The position numbers were made by a program, and so were the translations under genes. A stretch of 64,000 bases of DNA from an uncultured Bacteroidota bacterium (lineage in GTDB: Bacteria > Bacteroidota > Bacteroidia > Bacteroidales > WCHB1-69). The stretch's first letter is position 1, and each line of letters opens with the position of its first letter. Shown here in pieces: positions 19,561 through 28,419 of this stretch. The notes under the pieces are model-generated. The model had not been told where the DNA came from. It did not search any database and saw nothing but the letters and a program-made list of their open reading frames with translations. The stretch spans positions 41,300 to 105,299 of the forward strand of contig CADCNH010000010.1 in the NCBI GenBank assembly GCA_902802755.1, read 5' to 3'.

Positions 19561-19588
19561 CAAAAACATCTTTAACCCCCAAAACAAC

Positions 19589-20662
19589 ATGGCAAAACAA
19601 GCAACAACAAAGAAACCGGCTACCATTGTCGAAAAACTTGATCAACAGAACAGAAGACTCAATATTAACGCTTTTGAATTAGACAACGAAATTGTTTTCA
19701 ATTATTTCAATACAGTTCCGGAAGCCAACCGCGACGAAAAATTCACACAAGCACTCTACATCGGCGTGCTTGCCCTCATGGAGGACCGAATGTCAGCCTT
19801 CTTCGCCAAAACGTCTAACGAACTGGGTACACAACTCGAAAGTCTCAAAATGATTTTCGAAATGAAGAAGGAACTTTTCTTCAAATCAGCGGTAAAAGGA
19901 CAAATAGCCGAGCAGGAAATCGCCAGCGCACTCCAGGAATTTCTTGCAAAGAAATCCATAAAGGACAGTGTGGCATTGACCGGTACTGCCAGCGAAAAAG
20001 GGAAAAACAAGACGGGTGATATCTTATGCCAGATTGATGGCACAAGCTACTCCATCTCTATCGAATGTAAGTTTGACAAATCAATAAAACTGGGCAATAT
20101 CGCCGACAAAGATGTGTTTAACAAAAAAACAGACACCGCATGGAGCCAGCTGATCGAAGCCGATTACAACCGTGGCTCACAGTCTAGCATCATCGTATTC
20201 GACAAGGCATTGGTGGATAGATCTATCATCAGTTTCACAGACAGCGTTGCCTATATTCCTCAAGTGGGTTTCATCGCCATCATCGACTCTCAGGCCGGCA
20301 ACTACACCAACTTGGGCATCGCCTACATGCTGGCCAGAGACATCGCCACTAACGCGAAAACCGTACAACTCGACCCAACCGTGCTGACCATGATGATAAC
20401 CCGTTTAGTCAAAGACGTGAAAGATATTCTCAATATTAAAAATATGGTGGAAAATAATATCCAAAATAACAAAGAAATCCTCATAATGCTAGAGAAGAGC
20501 CTCCTCATGATGGAATTCAACCAGAAATATTTACAGAAATTCCTCACAGACGGCACTTTGAACAAAGAAGACTTGTTCAACTTTTACATGGGAGAAGACA
20601 TGAAGACAACGTATAATACGATCTGCAAAGACATTGAGAACACCTACCTGTTGAAAAACTAA
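19589..20662 (+). CDS. Hypothetical protein with a PD-(D/E)xK-like nuclease core (DUF2130/RmuC-like pattern) and a coiled-coil tail
   Basis: 357 aa. KGQIAEQEIASALQEFL (helix with Glu), then KTGDILCQIDG (Asp), then YSISIECKFDKS (E-x-K). The spacing is typical of restriction-endonuclease-like folds. This is a motif-level call only. Confidence 0.55.
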   Translation: MAKQATTKKPATIVEKLDQQNRRLNINAFELDNEIVFNYFNTVPEANRDEKFTQALYIGVLALMEDRMSAFFAKTSNELGTQLESLKMIFEMKKELFFKSAVKGQIAEQEIASALQEFLAKKSIKDSVALTGTASEKGKNKTGDILCQIDGTSYSISIECKFDKSIKLGNIADKDVFNKKTDTAWSQLIEADYNRGSQSSIIVFDKALVDRSIISFTDSVAYIPQVGFIAIIDSQAGNYTNLGIAYMLARDIATNAKTVQLDPTVLTMMITRLVKDVKDILNIKNMVENNIQNNKEILIMLEKSLLMMEFNQKYLQKFLTDGTLNKEDLFNFYMGEDMKTTYNTICKDIENTYLLKN

Positions 20663-21366
20663 TTCAAATCAAAACACAGCGACAGGATGTCTTTCCACAT
20701 CATGTCAAGATGCTCGGCAATCAGGCGATTGCACAGGATGCCCTTGAAGCAGAAAACACTCTGTAGCAAGGCGGGATTGGTCTGCACCACCACACGGAAA
20801 TTCTTAGAGTACAACAAGGCCTCGACCAAAGGCGTGATAAACATACCCAAGCGCTTGTTCATGATGTCAGCATTGGCCGACGACATCAGGATATTGTCCA
20901 GCTCGCTCCAATTGTCCTTATCCGTAATCAGGTTGATGGCAATCGCATACGCTCTCTTGTCTTTAAGCAATTGGATATATTGTTGTGTCAGCTCATTCAT
21001 AATCACTCTTGAAATGACAATCTGTTCCTCTTTCAGCATTGCCAATTCAGTTTCCGTGAAAGGTGAAAACTTCACCAAGAGTTTAGAAACCTCAACCAAC
21101 GACAAGAAATCGTCCATAATCTCGGCTCCGGCATCGGCATAATCCATATTAGTGAAACTGGTATGGGCTGCATAGTCACGCTGTACATAGACTTTCACCC
21201 CCTGCTCCACCAACTTTCCCACCAGCTCGGGCGTAAACAGCACCACATCGGGAATCGGCCGGTCGCCCTTGACCAAGCCCAGCGTCACAGGTTGTTCCAG
21301 CAGTCCGAAATCTATCGTCTGTGCCTGCGTTTCCGCCCCCGGTACATAATGCATCACCAAGTCCAT
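20659..21366 (-). CDS. AlaDH/PNT N-terminal-domain-like protein (no Rossmann domain)
   Basis: 235 aa. GDRPIPDVVLFTPELVGKLVEQGVKVYVQRDYAAHTSFTNMDYADAGAEI resembles the AlaDh_PNT_N substrate domain. I see no GxGxxG. The gene is 5 bp downstream of tsaE. Confidence 0.45.
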   Translation of the reverse strand: MDLVMHYVPGAETQAQTIDFGLLEQPVTLGLVKGDRPIPDVVLFTPELVGKLVEQGVKVYVQRDYAAHTSFTNMDYADAGAEIMDDFLSLVEVSKLLVKFSPFTETELAMLKEEQIVISRVIMNELTQQYIQLLKDKRAYAIAINLITDKDNWSELDNILMSSANADIMNKRLGMFITPLVEALLYSKNFRVVVQTNPALLQSVFCFKGILCNRLIAEHLDMMWKDILSLCFDLN

Positions 21367-21371
21367 GTCTC

Positions 21372-21776
21372 TTAATATTTAAATTCACGCTTGCCGTCTT
21401 CCAAAACCCTAATATCCACCCTCACATAATCGTCTGTCAACAATTCTTCCACCTTCTCCGTCCATTCGATAAAACAATAATTGCCGCTGTAAAGATAGTC
21501 GTCAAAGCCGATTTTCACCGCCTCGTCAATCGAATCAATACGATAAAAATCAAAGTGATAAACAGGCTCTCCATCAGCCGTAAAATACTCATTCACAATA
21601 GCAAAAGTCGGACTGGAAGTGGTAGCGGTAACGCCCAACTGGCGGCAAATCTCTTTAATCAGAGTGGTCTTGCCAGCCCCCATCTCACCAAAGAAGCCGA
21701 ACACACGCTCATCCGCATGTTTTTGCAGCAAATCCGCCGCCACTTTTGCCAATTCTTCCTGACTGTTGATTACCAT
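21372..21776 (-). CDS. tsaE: tRNA t6A37 biosynthesis ATPase TsaE
   Basis: 134 aa. FFGEMGAGKTTLIKEICRQLGV, SPTFAIVNEY, HFDFYR. Confidence 0.85.
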   Translation of the reverse strand: MVINSQEELAKVAADLLQKHADERVFGFFGEMGAGKTTLIKEICRQLGVTATTSSPTFAIVNEYFTADGEPVYHFDFYRIDSIDEAVKIGFDDYLYSGNYCFIEWTEKVEELLTDDYVRVDIRVLEDGKREFKY

Positions 21777-21780
21777 TATT

Positions 21781-21909
21781 TTTGTTGAATTGTTGAGTTG
21801 TTGAACTGTTGATAGGTTGAACTGTTGAACTGTTGAAAGGTTGAAGTTTTTGAGGGTGCGATTAATTGATTAAACAAATAAACAATTCAACAATTAAACG
21901 CTTAAACTC
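21781..21909. repeat. Word-repeat tract (GTTGAAC / GTTGAAT / TTAAAC words)
   Basis: tttgttgaattgttgagttgttgaactgttgataggttgaactgttgaactgttgaaaggttgaag ... aaacaaataaacaattcaacaattaaacgcttaaactcttaaac. Confidence 0.7.
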
Positions 21910-22776
21910 TTAAACATATTGTGTGTGATATTCTATCAGTTTCGGCATCGGGGAACCGATAATCGTGCCCAAACTGATATTCTTTTCCGCGGCCACCTCT
22001 TCAATGATTTCCTTGAAATGGAAAGCCACCGAACCCATCAGACTCACCGATTCATAGGTCATTTTGTCGTAATAGCCTATTTGGTTATCAAAAAACTCAG
22101 CAAAAGCCTCTTTGCATAAGCTTTTGATTACTGGATCATTCACATATTTCTGAATAAAGGGGGCAAATGATGAGAAGAACTTATTCGGACTGGCCTTGCG
22201 ATAAATTCGCTGGATCACTTTCGGAGGATTGATATCAAAAGTTTTCTCAATTTCGTCCAGCAGATACATCGGCAATTTTTCCATCATATAGCAGGTCACT
22301 AATTTCTTGCCCAGATGTGTACCACTACCCTCATCACCTATCAAATAACCCAATGATGGAGCACGTTTTACAATTTGGTTGCCATCGTATAAGCATGAGC
22401 TTGAGCCCGTGCCCAAAATAGCTACCAATCCCGGCTTATTACCACACAAAGCATGGCAAGCCTCCATCAAATCAGAATAAATCTTGAAGGATGCCGAAGG
22501 AAAATACTTGGCGATAACCGCGGCAATACGCATGGCATTTTGTTCTCCGGCACAGCCCGCCCCGTAATAGGTTATCAAAGCTGGCTGCATGTAATTCTCA
22601 GGCAAGGAATTGACAAAATGCGCAAATACCTTGTCAATCTGCTCATCACTGGAATAATTGGCATTGATACCCGTAGCGAAGAACTGATGCACAAGCTCCT
22701 TGCCCTTCAGCACAGCAAATTCAGTTTTAGTAGCCCCTGCATCAATAACTATATGTATATCAGTATTTTTCATCAT
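21910..22776 (-). CDS. BadF/BadG/BcrA/BcrD-type ATPase (N-acetylglucosamine kinase-like)
   Basis: 288 aa. IVIDAGATKTE, ILGTGSSSC, GYLIGDEGSG (ASKHA fold motifs). Confidence 0.75.
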   Translation of the reverse strand: MMKNTDIHIVIDAGATKTEFAVLKGKELVHQFFATGINANYSSDEQIDKVFAHFVNSLPENYMQPALITYYGAGCAGEQNAMRIAAVIAKYFPSASFKIYSDLMEACHALCGNKPGLVAILGTGSSSCLYDGNQIVKRAPSLGYLIGDEGSGTHLGKKLVTCYMMEKLPMYLLDEIEKTFDINPPKVIQRIYRKASPNKFFSSFAPFIQKYVNDPVIKSLCKEAFAEFFDNQIGYYDKMTYESVSLMGSVAFHFKEIIEEVAAEKNISLGTIIGSPMPKLIEYHTQYV

Positions 22777-23601
22777 CTATAAGTTGCTTCGAGGAATTGA
22801 AATCGGATTATTGCGTTTGTATTGTGATTTTTTGTAACGCTGAATCAGCACATGGTCTTCCAAAGACTTATCACCGGCAAAATAAGCGGCGAACAACTTG
22901 TCCACCTCGTAATAATTCGGTACGCCCAACTGCTCACAATCACAGCTGCTAATACCCAAACCATCCACTGGAGTAGCATCAATGCAAGATTGCAAAGCGG
23001 CACGTTGCTCAGCATTACATTCATCCAACAAGGCCTTTGCCAAATGGAAGACTTCAGTTTTCCACAAATGCATGATAGGGGCATAATCGCCCACATCGCC
23101 GTGCAAAGTCCAGAAACCCGTCAAGAATTCAGAGTAGTTGTCGGTAGAAATCACCATTCCTCCGTATAACTGGGCCAAATCATAGAGCACCATCATACGC
23201 ATACGGGCTTTCATATTACCCTGGCGCAACTTCGACAAATGCGAGTCATCGTAATGAATGAGCAGCTTTTTGTTTTCCAGAAAAGTCTCTGTCAAATCCA
23301 AATGCTGGAAATCCGTGCAAAAGTTCTTTCCTACCGTCAGCGAGCGGGCCACCTCATCATTGGGGTTGGTCTCAATAGTGATGGAACGGCCTATAAGCGG
23401 AATATTGTGTTGCAAGCACACTGGACGGAGCAAGGCAGAACACAAAGCGCTATCGATACCGCCGGAAATGCCCAGCACTAACGATTTCAAGCCGCATTGG
23501 CTCAAATAATCACTCACTATGCCACGAATATTTTCGGCCACTTTGAGCAAGCGCTCACGGTCGGTCATAAACGGGAAAAAATTACTGTCGGGTATAGTCA
23601 T
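22777..23601 (-). CDS. nadE: NH3-dependent NAD+ synthetase
   Basis: 274 aa. The PP-loop LGISGGIDSALCSALL, then TDNYSEFLTGFWTLHGD. Confidence 0.85.
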   Translation of the reverse strand: MTIPDSNFFPFMTDRERLLKVAENIRGIVSDYLSQCGLKSLVLGISGGIDSALCSALLRPVCLQHNIPLIGRSITIETNPNDEVARSLTVGKNFCTDFQHLDLTETFLENKKLLIHYDDSHLSKLRQGNMKARMRMMVLYDLAQLYGGMVISTDNYSEFLTGFWTLHGDVGDYAPIMHLWKTEVFHLAKALLDECNAEQRAALQSCIDATPVDGLGISSCDCEQLGVPNYYEVDKLFAAYFAGDKSLEDHVLIQRYKKSQYKRNNPISIPRSNL

Positions 23602-23758
23602 TTTTCATTTTAATTTTAGAACTACAAAAATACAAAAAAAGCGGCAATAAAACTATGAACTAAGAGTTAAGAGTGTTTATTTGTTTATTTGTTGAATTGT
23701 ATAATGTTTACATCACTACCCCGCCCTTCGGGCACCCCTTCTAATAGAAGGGGAATTT

Positions 23759-26344
23759 TCAGTTTTCAGTTTTCAGTTCATTATCTCCTGCCGTCTCAAA
23801 TTTCGGCATTTGGCGAATGTAGATGTCACGCTGCGGGAAGGGGATTTCAATCTTGTTCTTATTCAAAGTATTGTAAATCACTTCTTTAATCTTAGCCACC
23901 ACCCCTGCTTTTTCTTCCACCAGCACCCAGCATACCACAAACAAATCCACGCTGCTGTCGCCGAAATCGTTGAAGATTACCTTCACGCCCTGCTTGGTAT
24001 CAAACACATTCTTGCCTGCAGCATTTTTCACTGCCAAAGGCTCAATATTTTTGACCAGCATATTCCGCACTTTCTCCACATTCACACCGTATGCCACACC
24101 CACGGGAATCTTCACCAGCACATAACCATGATTGCGGGTCAGATTCTTGAAATTCTTGCTGAACAGGGCCGCATTTTGGAATGCCATCACACTGCCGTCG
24201 AGGGTCACAATCTGTGTACTCTGGTAATTGATACTATCGACTTTGCCTTGAATTCCATCACATTCAATATAGTCGCCCACACGCAAACGACCTGTCATGA
24301 GAGAGATGCCATAGATAAAATTTTCCAGCAGGTCTTTCATGGCGAAGCCAAGACCGGTAGCCAGACCCGCCATCACGATGGAGATACCGCTACTGGGTAC
24401 TTCCAGAATCATCAACGAGGCCACGACATACAAGCCCCATACCAGAATCGAAATGATATTGTTGGCCAATGTAATGTTACCTTGGGGTTTACCTTCCTTT
24501 TTATTACGTTTTTTCAGCATCTGATAGAAGGCCCTGATAGCATAATTCAGGTAACGGAACAAGAAATAGAGTTCTGTCACCAAACATATCTTGTATAAAG
24601 AAAGTTGGACAAGACTCGGCTTATTCAGGAAAACATACAAGAATATCTTTTTACATATAGAAGTCATTTCGAAAATGCTTGCTGCCCAATAAATACTTGC
24701 CGGAATTGACAAAATGGCCAAAATGGGCAGCAAAGCCTTGAAGAGGAAATCATAGAACCAAGTTTGACCGATATATTCACCCTTGGCCATTTTAGGTTGG
24801 ATTTTTTTGAAAAACTTCTGCAAATCGTTTTCACTTCTGATTTTTTCTCCTTGTTCCTTGGCGATTTTGCGGATCAGACGATTGGCCTCGTACATCTTGG
24901 CCAAATCATAAAAACATGTAATAGTTTGTATAGCGGCTAACTGTATCATCCACCACAGCATTATCTGGACAGCCAGCAACACATAACCCATCCATGAAGC
25001 TCCGCAGGAAACAATCATCACGATAAGGCAGATCATGGTATAAATCATATCACTGTCGGGCAGTTTGGCGATTTTCTTTCTCACCACAATAAACTGCCAT
25101 ATTGTGAACAGCAAGAGAATAGGCGGGTAAATAAGGTTAACCAAATTATTAGGTATCAACACCATGCGAAAAACTATCACCACAAAGGCCATGATAATAA
25201 ACGGAATATAGGAACGCACGCCTGCACGAATCTGCTTATCATTCAATCTGATTAACAGAGAGACAAGGATTACCTCCACCAGCCAGGAGAAGAATATCAT
25301 CAGGTTGATAGCCATGCGTACGAAATTCTGTTTCACGAAGAACATGGCGATGGTGATGGAAATAGCGAAAATAGCCACACCACAGGCAATAGTGATAAAA
25401 AGCCGTTTATTGTTGGCCTTGAAATACCGTCTCCATTTTTTAGGGAGCACCCAGCGCATCAGCGCGTAACTGAGCAGGCTGGCCAAAAGGATATAGAAGA
25501 GCATAAACACGCTGATACCGAAAATGACGGGGCCTCTCCATTCGGAAGCGGTTTTGAAAGGCTTGTAACGGTCGTCCACGTCCTTTTTCGCTATCATGTA
25601 GTTCATTCTGAAGCGTTTGATAGTTTGGAAATAATTATTGCCCCCATTCACAAAAATGTTGTTTTGTATTTTTTCATAGCGGGACAAGGCGTATGCATTC
25701 AGTTTTTCCACTCGCTTGGTCACTTTATTATAGTGTTCCTTGTCGAGTTCCACTTTTTCCAACAATGCCAGATAATTATCACGGATTGCGGTGGCGAAAT
25801 CCACACAAGCCTCACGGTCTTCCAATCCTTTGCCATCCAGGACATAGAGCAGGTTTTTACTGGTATCCAATACCATTTTAGGCAACAATTTCTGCAGGGA
25901 GTCGGGGGCCATGGTCAGCTCACCGTTCGGCAACATTCGTGGAGGCAGATTTTCCAGGGTTAGGATAAGTGCGTCATACCGTTCTATTTCAGTTTTAAGA
26001 CGCTCTATCATCTTGTTGTACGGCATGTGTCGCATTCTCAGCTGCCTATACTGTTCGGTCGCTGCCTGGCAGGCGTATGCCATATCGAAAGTGAAGTCCG
26101 AATTCTGCGAATAGAGCATCAGCGCGATTTGGTTGCTGTTCTGCATCATCCGGATCAGGTTGGCATGCTGGTCCACATTGCGTTTCTCGAACATGGCCAT
26201 CAAAGTCTTTTGCTCATTGTAAGTCTGTGCCAACTCAGCGCGCAACACGCCAAGGGTTTGTGGCAGATCTTTCTCCTTCAAGACGGCATGAGCCTGGAAA
26301 AGCGTCAGTGCACAAAGCAAGACAAAAACTAGTATCTTCTTCAT
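23759..26344 (-). CDS. Large MscS-family mechanosensitive channel (MscK-like)
   Basis: 861 aa. Signal peptide, a long periplasmic coiled region and multiple TM helices. MscS core LENFIYGISLMTGRLRVGDYIECDGIQGKVDSINYQSTQIVTLDGSVMAFQNAALF. Confidence 0.85.
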   Translation of the reverse strand: MKKILVFVLLCALTLFQAHAVLKEKDLPQTLGVLRAELAQTYNEQKTLMAMFEKRNVDQHANLIRMMQNSNQIALMLYSQNSDFTFDMAYACQAATEQYRQLRMRHMPYNKMIERLKTEIERYDALILTLENLPPRMLPNGELTMAPDSLQKLLPKMVLDTSKNLLYVLDGKGLEDREACVDFATAIRDNYLALLEKVELDKEHYNKVTKRVEKLNAYALSRYEKIQNNIFVNGGNNYFQTIKRFRMNYMIAKKDVDDRYKPFKTASEWRGPVIFGISVFMLFYILLASLLSYALMRWVLPKKWRRYFKANNKRLFITIACGVAIFAISITIAMFFVKQNFVRMAINLMIFFSWLVEVILVSLLIRLNDKQIRAGVRSYIPFIIMAFVVIVFRMVLIPNNLVNLIYPPILLLFTIWQFIVVRKKIAKLPDSDMIYTMICLIVMIVSCGASWMGYVLLAVQIMLWWMIQLAAIQTITCFYDLAKMYEANRLIRKIAKEQGEKIRSENDLQKFFKKIQPKMAKGEYIGQTWFYDFLFKALLPILAILSIPASIYWAASIFEMTSICKKIFLYVFLNKPSLVQLSLYKICLVTELYFLFRYLNYAIRAFYQMLKKRNKKEGKPQGNITLANNIISILVWGLYVVASLMILEVPSSGISIVMAGLATGLGFAMKDLLENFIYGISLMTGRLRVGDYIECDGIQGKVDSINYQSTQIVTLDGSVMAFQNAALFSKNFKNLTRNHGYVLVKIPVGVAYGVNVEKVRNMLVKNIEPLAVKNAAGKNVFDTKQGVKVIFNDFGDSSVDLFVVCWVLVEEKAGVVAKIKEVIYNTLNKNKIEIPFPQRDIYIRQMPKFETAGDNELKTEN

Positions 26345-26386
26345 ATTCGAAATTTTATTCTTACATTATTTTTAAAATTGAGTTGG

Positions 26387-26394
26387 CAAAGATA
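26387..26394 (-). promoter_or_regulatory. -7 box TATCTTTG for the channel gene
   Basis: Reverse complement of caaagata, about 43 bp upstream of the start at 26344. Confidence 0.45.
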
Positions 26395-26436
26395 CGAAAA
26401 AAAAGCTGTGTCTTTGCCGAATCAAATTGAACTACT

Positions 26437-27537
26437 ATGTCGAAAAAAATACTGATCGCAACAGGGGGTGGTGACTGCCCCGGATTGAACGCCGTCATCA
26501 GAGGCATTGTGAAAAGCGCGGCCCAGGAAGAGGGCTGGCAAGTGTTCGGAAGCATAGAATCCTTTAACGGAATACTGAAAGACAATGTGGAAATTGTAGA
26601 GTTAACCGAGAAAAAGGTGGACTACCTGCATGTGATGGGCGGCACCATCATCAAAACCACTAACAAAGGAGGCCCTTTCTACTTTCCTGTACAGAAAGAC
26701 GACGGCACATGGGTAACCGAAGACCGCTCGGAACTGATGAAAAAACGCCTCAACAACATGGGCATCGACGCTGTCATCAATATCGGTGGCGACGGCTCAC
26801 AAGCCATTTCATTGGCATTGAGCAAAATAGGCATCAATGTGGTGGGCGTCCCAAAAACCATCGACAACGACCTTTCCTCTACCGATTTCACCTTCGGTTT
26901 TCAGACAGCAGTACAGATTGCCACCGAATGTTTCGACAAGATAGTGACCACTGCCGCAAGCCACAGCCGAGTGTTCATCATGGAAGTAATGGGTCGCGAT
27001 GCCGGCTGGATTGCCCTGCATACCGCTATTGCAGGTGGTGCCGATGTATGCATTATTCCCGAAATACCCTACGATCCACGTAAAATCATTGAGAAAATAG
27101 AAAGCTGCTACCACCAAGGAAAGGAATTCTGCAACATCGTGATTGCCGAAGGAGCCAAAGCCCTCGACGGCAAGGTTACCGGCACCAATCCGACCGCTAT
27201 CGGCGACCGCCACATCAAGTTAGGCGGCGTGGGTGAAAAGCTGAAACAGGAGCTGGCAGACCTCGGTGTGGAGCACGATATCAGAGTCACCGTCTTAGGC
27301 CACCTGCAACGCGGCGGCACCCCCATCGCTTTTGACCGTATCCTGGCCACAGAATTTGGTGTCAAGGCCTTCGAATTGGTGAAAGAAGGGAAATTCGGCA
27401 ATATGGTGACCTACCGTCACCCCAACATCTCGTATGTTCCAATCAAAGAAGCTTTGAAAAAACCTCATCTGGTAAATCCCGACACAGACTTCTTAGTACA
27501 CACCGCACGCCGCATCGGTATGTGCTTGGGTGACTAA
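26437..27537 (+). CDS. pfkA: 6-phosphofructokinase
   Basis: 366 aa. GGGDCPGLNAVIRG, NIGGDGS, PKTIDNDL, MGRDAGWIAL. Confidence 0.9.
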   Translation: MSKKILIATGGGDCPGLNAVIRGIVKSAAQEEGWQVFGSIESFNGILKDNVEIVELTEKKVDYLHVMGGTIIKTTNKGGPFYFPVQKDDGTWVTEDRSELMKKRLNNMGIDAVINIGGDGSQAISLALSKIGINVVGVPKTIDNDLSSTDFTFGFQTAVQIATECFDKIVTTAASHSRVFIMEVMGRDAGWIALHTAIAGGADVCIIPEIPYDPRKIIEKIESCYHQGKEFCNIVIAEGAKALDGKVTGTNPTAIGDRHIKLGGVGEKLKQELADLGVEHDIRVTVLGHLQRGGTPIAFDRILATEFGVKAFELVKEGKFGNMVTYRHPNISYVPIKEALKKPHLVNPDTDFLVHTARRIGMCLGD

Positions 27538-27558
27538 AAAAGGATTTTCTATATAACA

Positions 27559-27592
27559 AAAAAGGACTGCGTTTTGCCACAGTCCTTTTTTT
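27559..27592. terminator. Bidirectional rho-independent-type terminator between convergent genes
   Basis: aaaaaggactg-cgttttgcca-cagtccttttttt. Confidence 0.7.
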
Positions 27593-27607
27593 ATGGTCAA
27601 ACAACCA

Positions 27608-28054
27608 TCAATTCACACGGGACAGACATGCCAACTCCAGTCGCCAATGGTTGCCAAATGTGTCGTCATATTCGTAAAACAACTCTTTCTTAGTCAACTT
27701 TTTTATAGTGGCCACATAATAGTATTTCTGTGTTTTAAGTTGGAAATCCATCACCAATTCTTTGCAGTTATTCTGAAATTTCCACCTTCCATATACCGCC
27801 GACTGCATCGCATTGTTATAAAAATACATCACATCAACTATTCCGTCAAGGTCAAACATGTAATATGTGTTCGGAACATTAGCCAAATATTCTGTTTCTG
27901 TTATCTGTTCTCCATTCAGGAAAACCCTCTCCAGATTCCAGTTCCCCATCATTCGATACTCCGGAGCCACAAAGCTGATGCCCGGGCCCTCTTTATAACG
28001 GCAACCAGCACAAAGCACTGCCGTCAAAGCCAAGAAAAAGACTGTTTTTTTCAT
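27608..28054 (-). CDS. Lipoprotein, lipocalin-like (hypothetical)
   Basis: 148 aa. Lipobox LCAGC after the signal peptide. Confidence 0.6.
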   Translation of the reverse strand: MKKTVFFLALTAVLCAGCRYKEGPGISFVAPEYRMMGNWNLERVFLNGEQITETEYLANVPNTYYMFDLDGIVDVMYFYNNAMQSAVYGRWKFQNNCKELVMDFQLKTQKYYYVATIKKLTKKELFYEYDDTFGNHWRLELACLSRVN

Positions 28055-28070
28055 TGTTCCAATTTTTTTG

Positions 28071-28078
28071 CAAAGATA
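28071..28078 (-). promoter_or_regulatory. -7 box TATCTTTG for 27608-28054
   Basis: Reverse complement of caaagata, 17 bp upstream of the ATG. Confidence 0.45.
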
Positions 28079-28085
28079 GTAATAA

Positions 28086-28385
28086 TTGATAATTGTTGAT
28101 TTGTTGAAGTGTTGATTTGTTGATTTGTATTTTTAACTAAAACCAGAAACATTAATTAAGAACTTATATTATAACTTTCAGTTTAATTGGCGCATTGGCA
28201 CATTGTTAATTAGCACATTGAAAAATCTCCCCTTGAGCACAAAGTGCGAAACTCCCCTTGGACAAAGTCCAACTCCCCTCGAGCGAAGTGAGACTCCCCT
28301 TAAAATTAGCACATTAGCACATTGATAATTGGCACATTAAAAATTCATTTGCTAATTAACGAATTAACTCATTTGCTAATTATTT
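28086..28385. repeat. Composite word-repeat tract
   Basis: Three parts: TTGATTTG words; TTGGCACATT/TTAGCACATT words; four roughly 21-bp tandem units (a)CTCCCCTTGAGC-like at 28226-28303. It also contains the conserved element catttgctaattaacgaattaactcatttgctaatt (28346-28381). Confidence 0.75.
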
Positions 28386-28389
28386 TTCG

Positions 28390-28397
28390 TATCTTTG
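28390..28397 (+). promoter_or_regulatory. -7 box TATCTTTG for hpt
   Basis: cgTATCTTTGcac, 23 bp upstream of the ATG at 28420. Confidence 0.5.
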
Positions 28398-28419
28398 CAC
28401 GTCATTACTATTGCCGATT

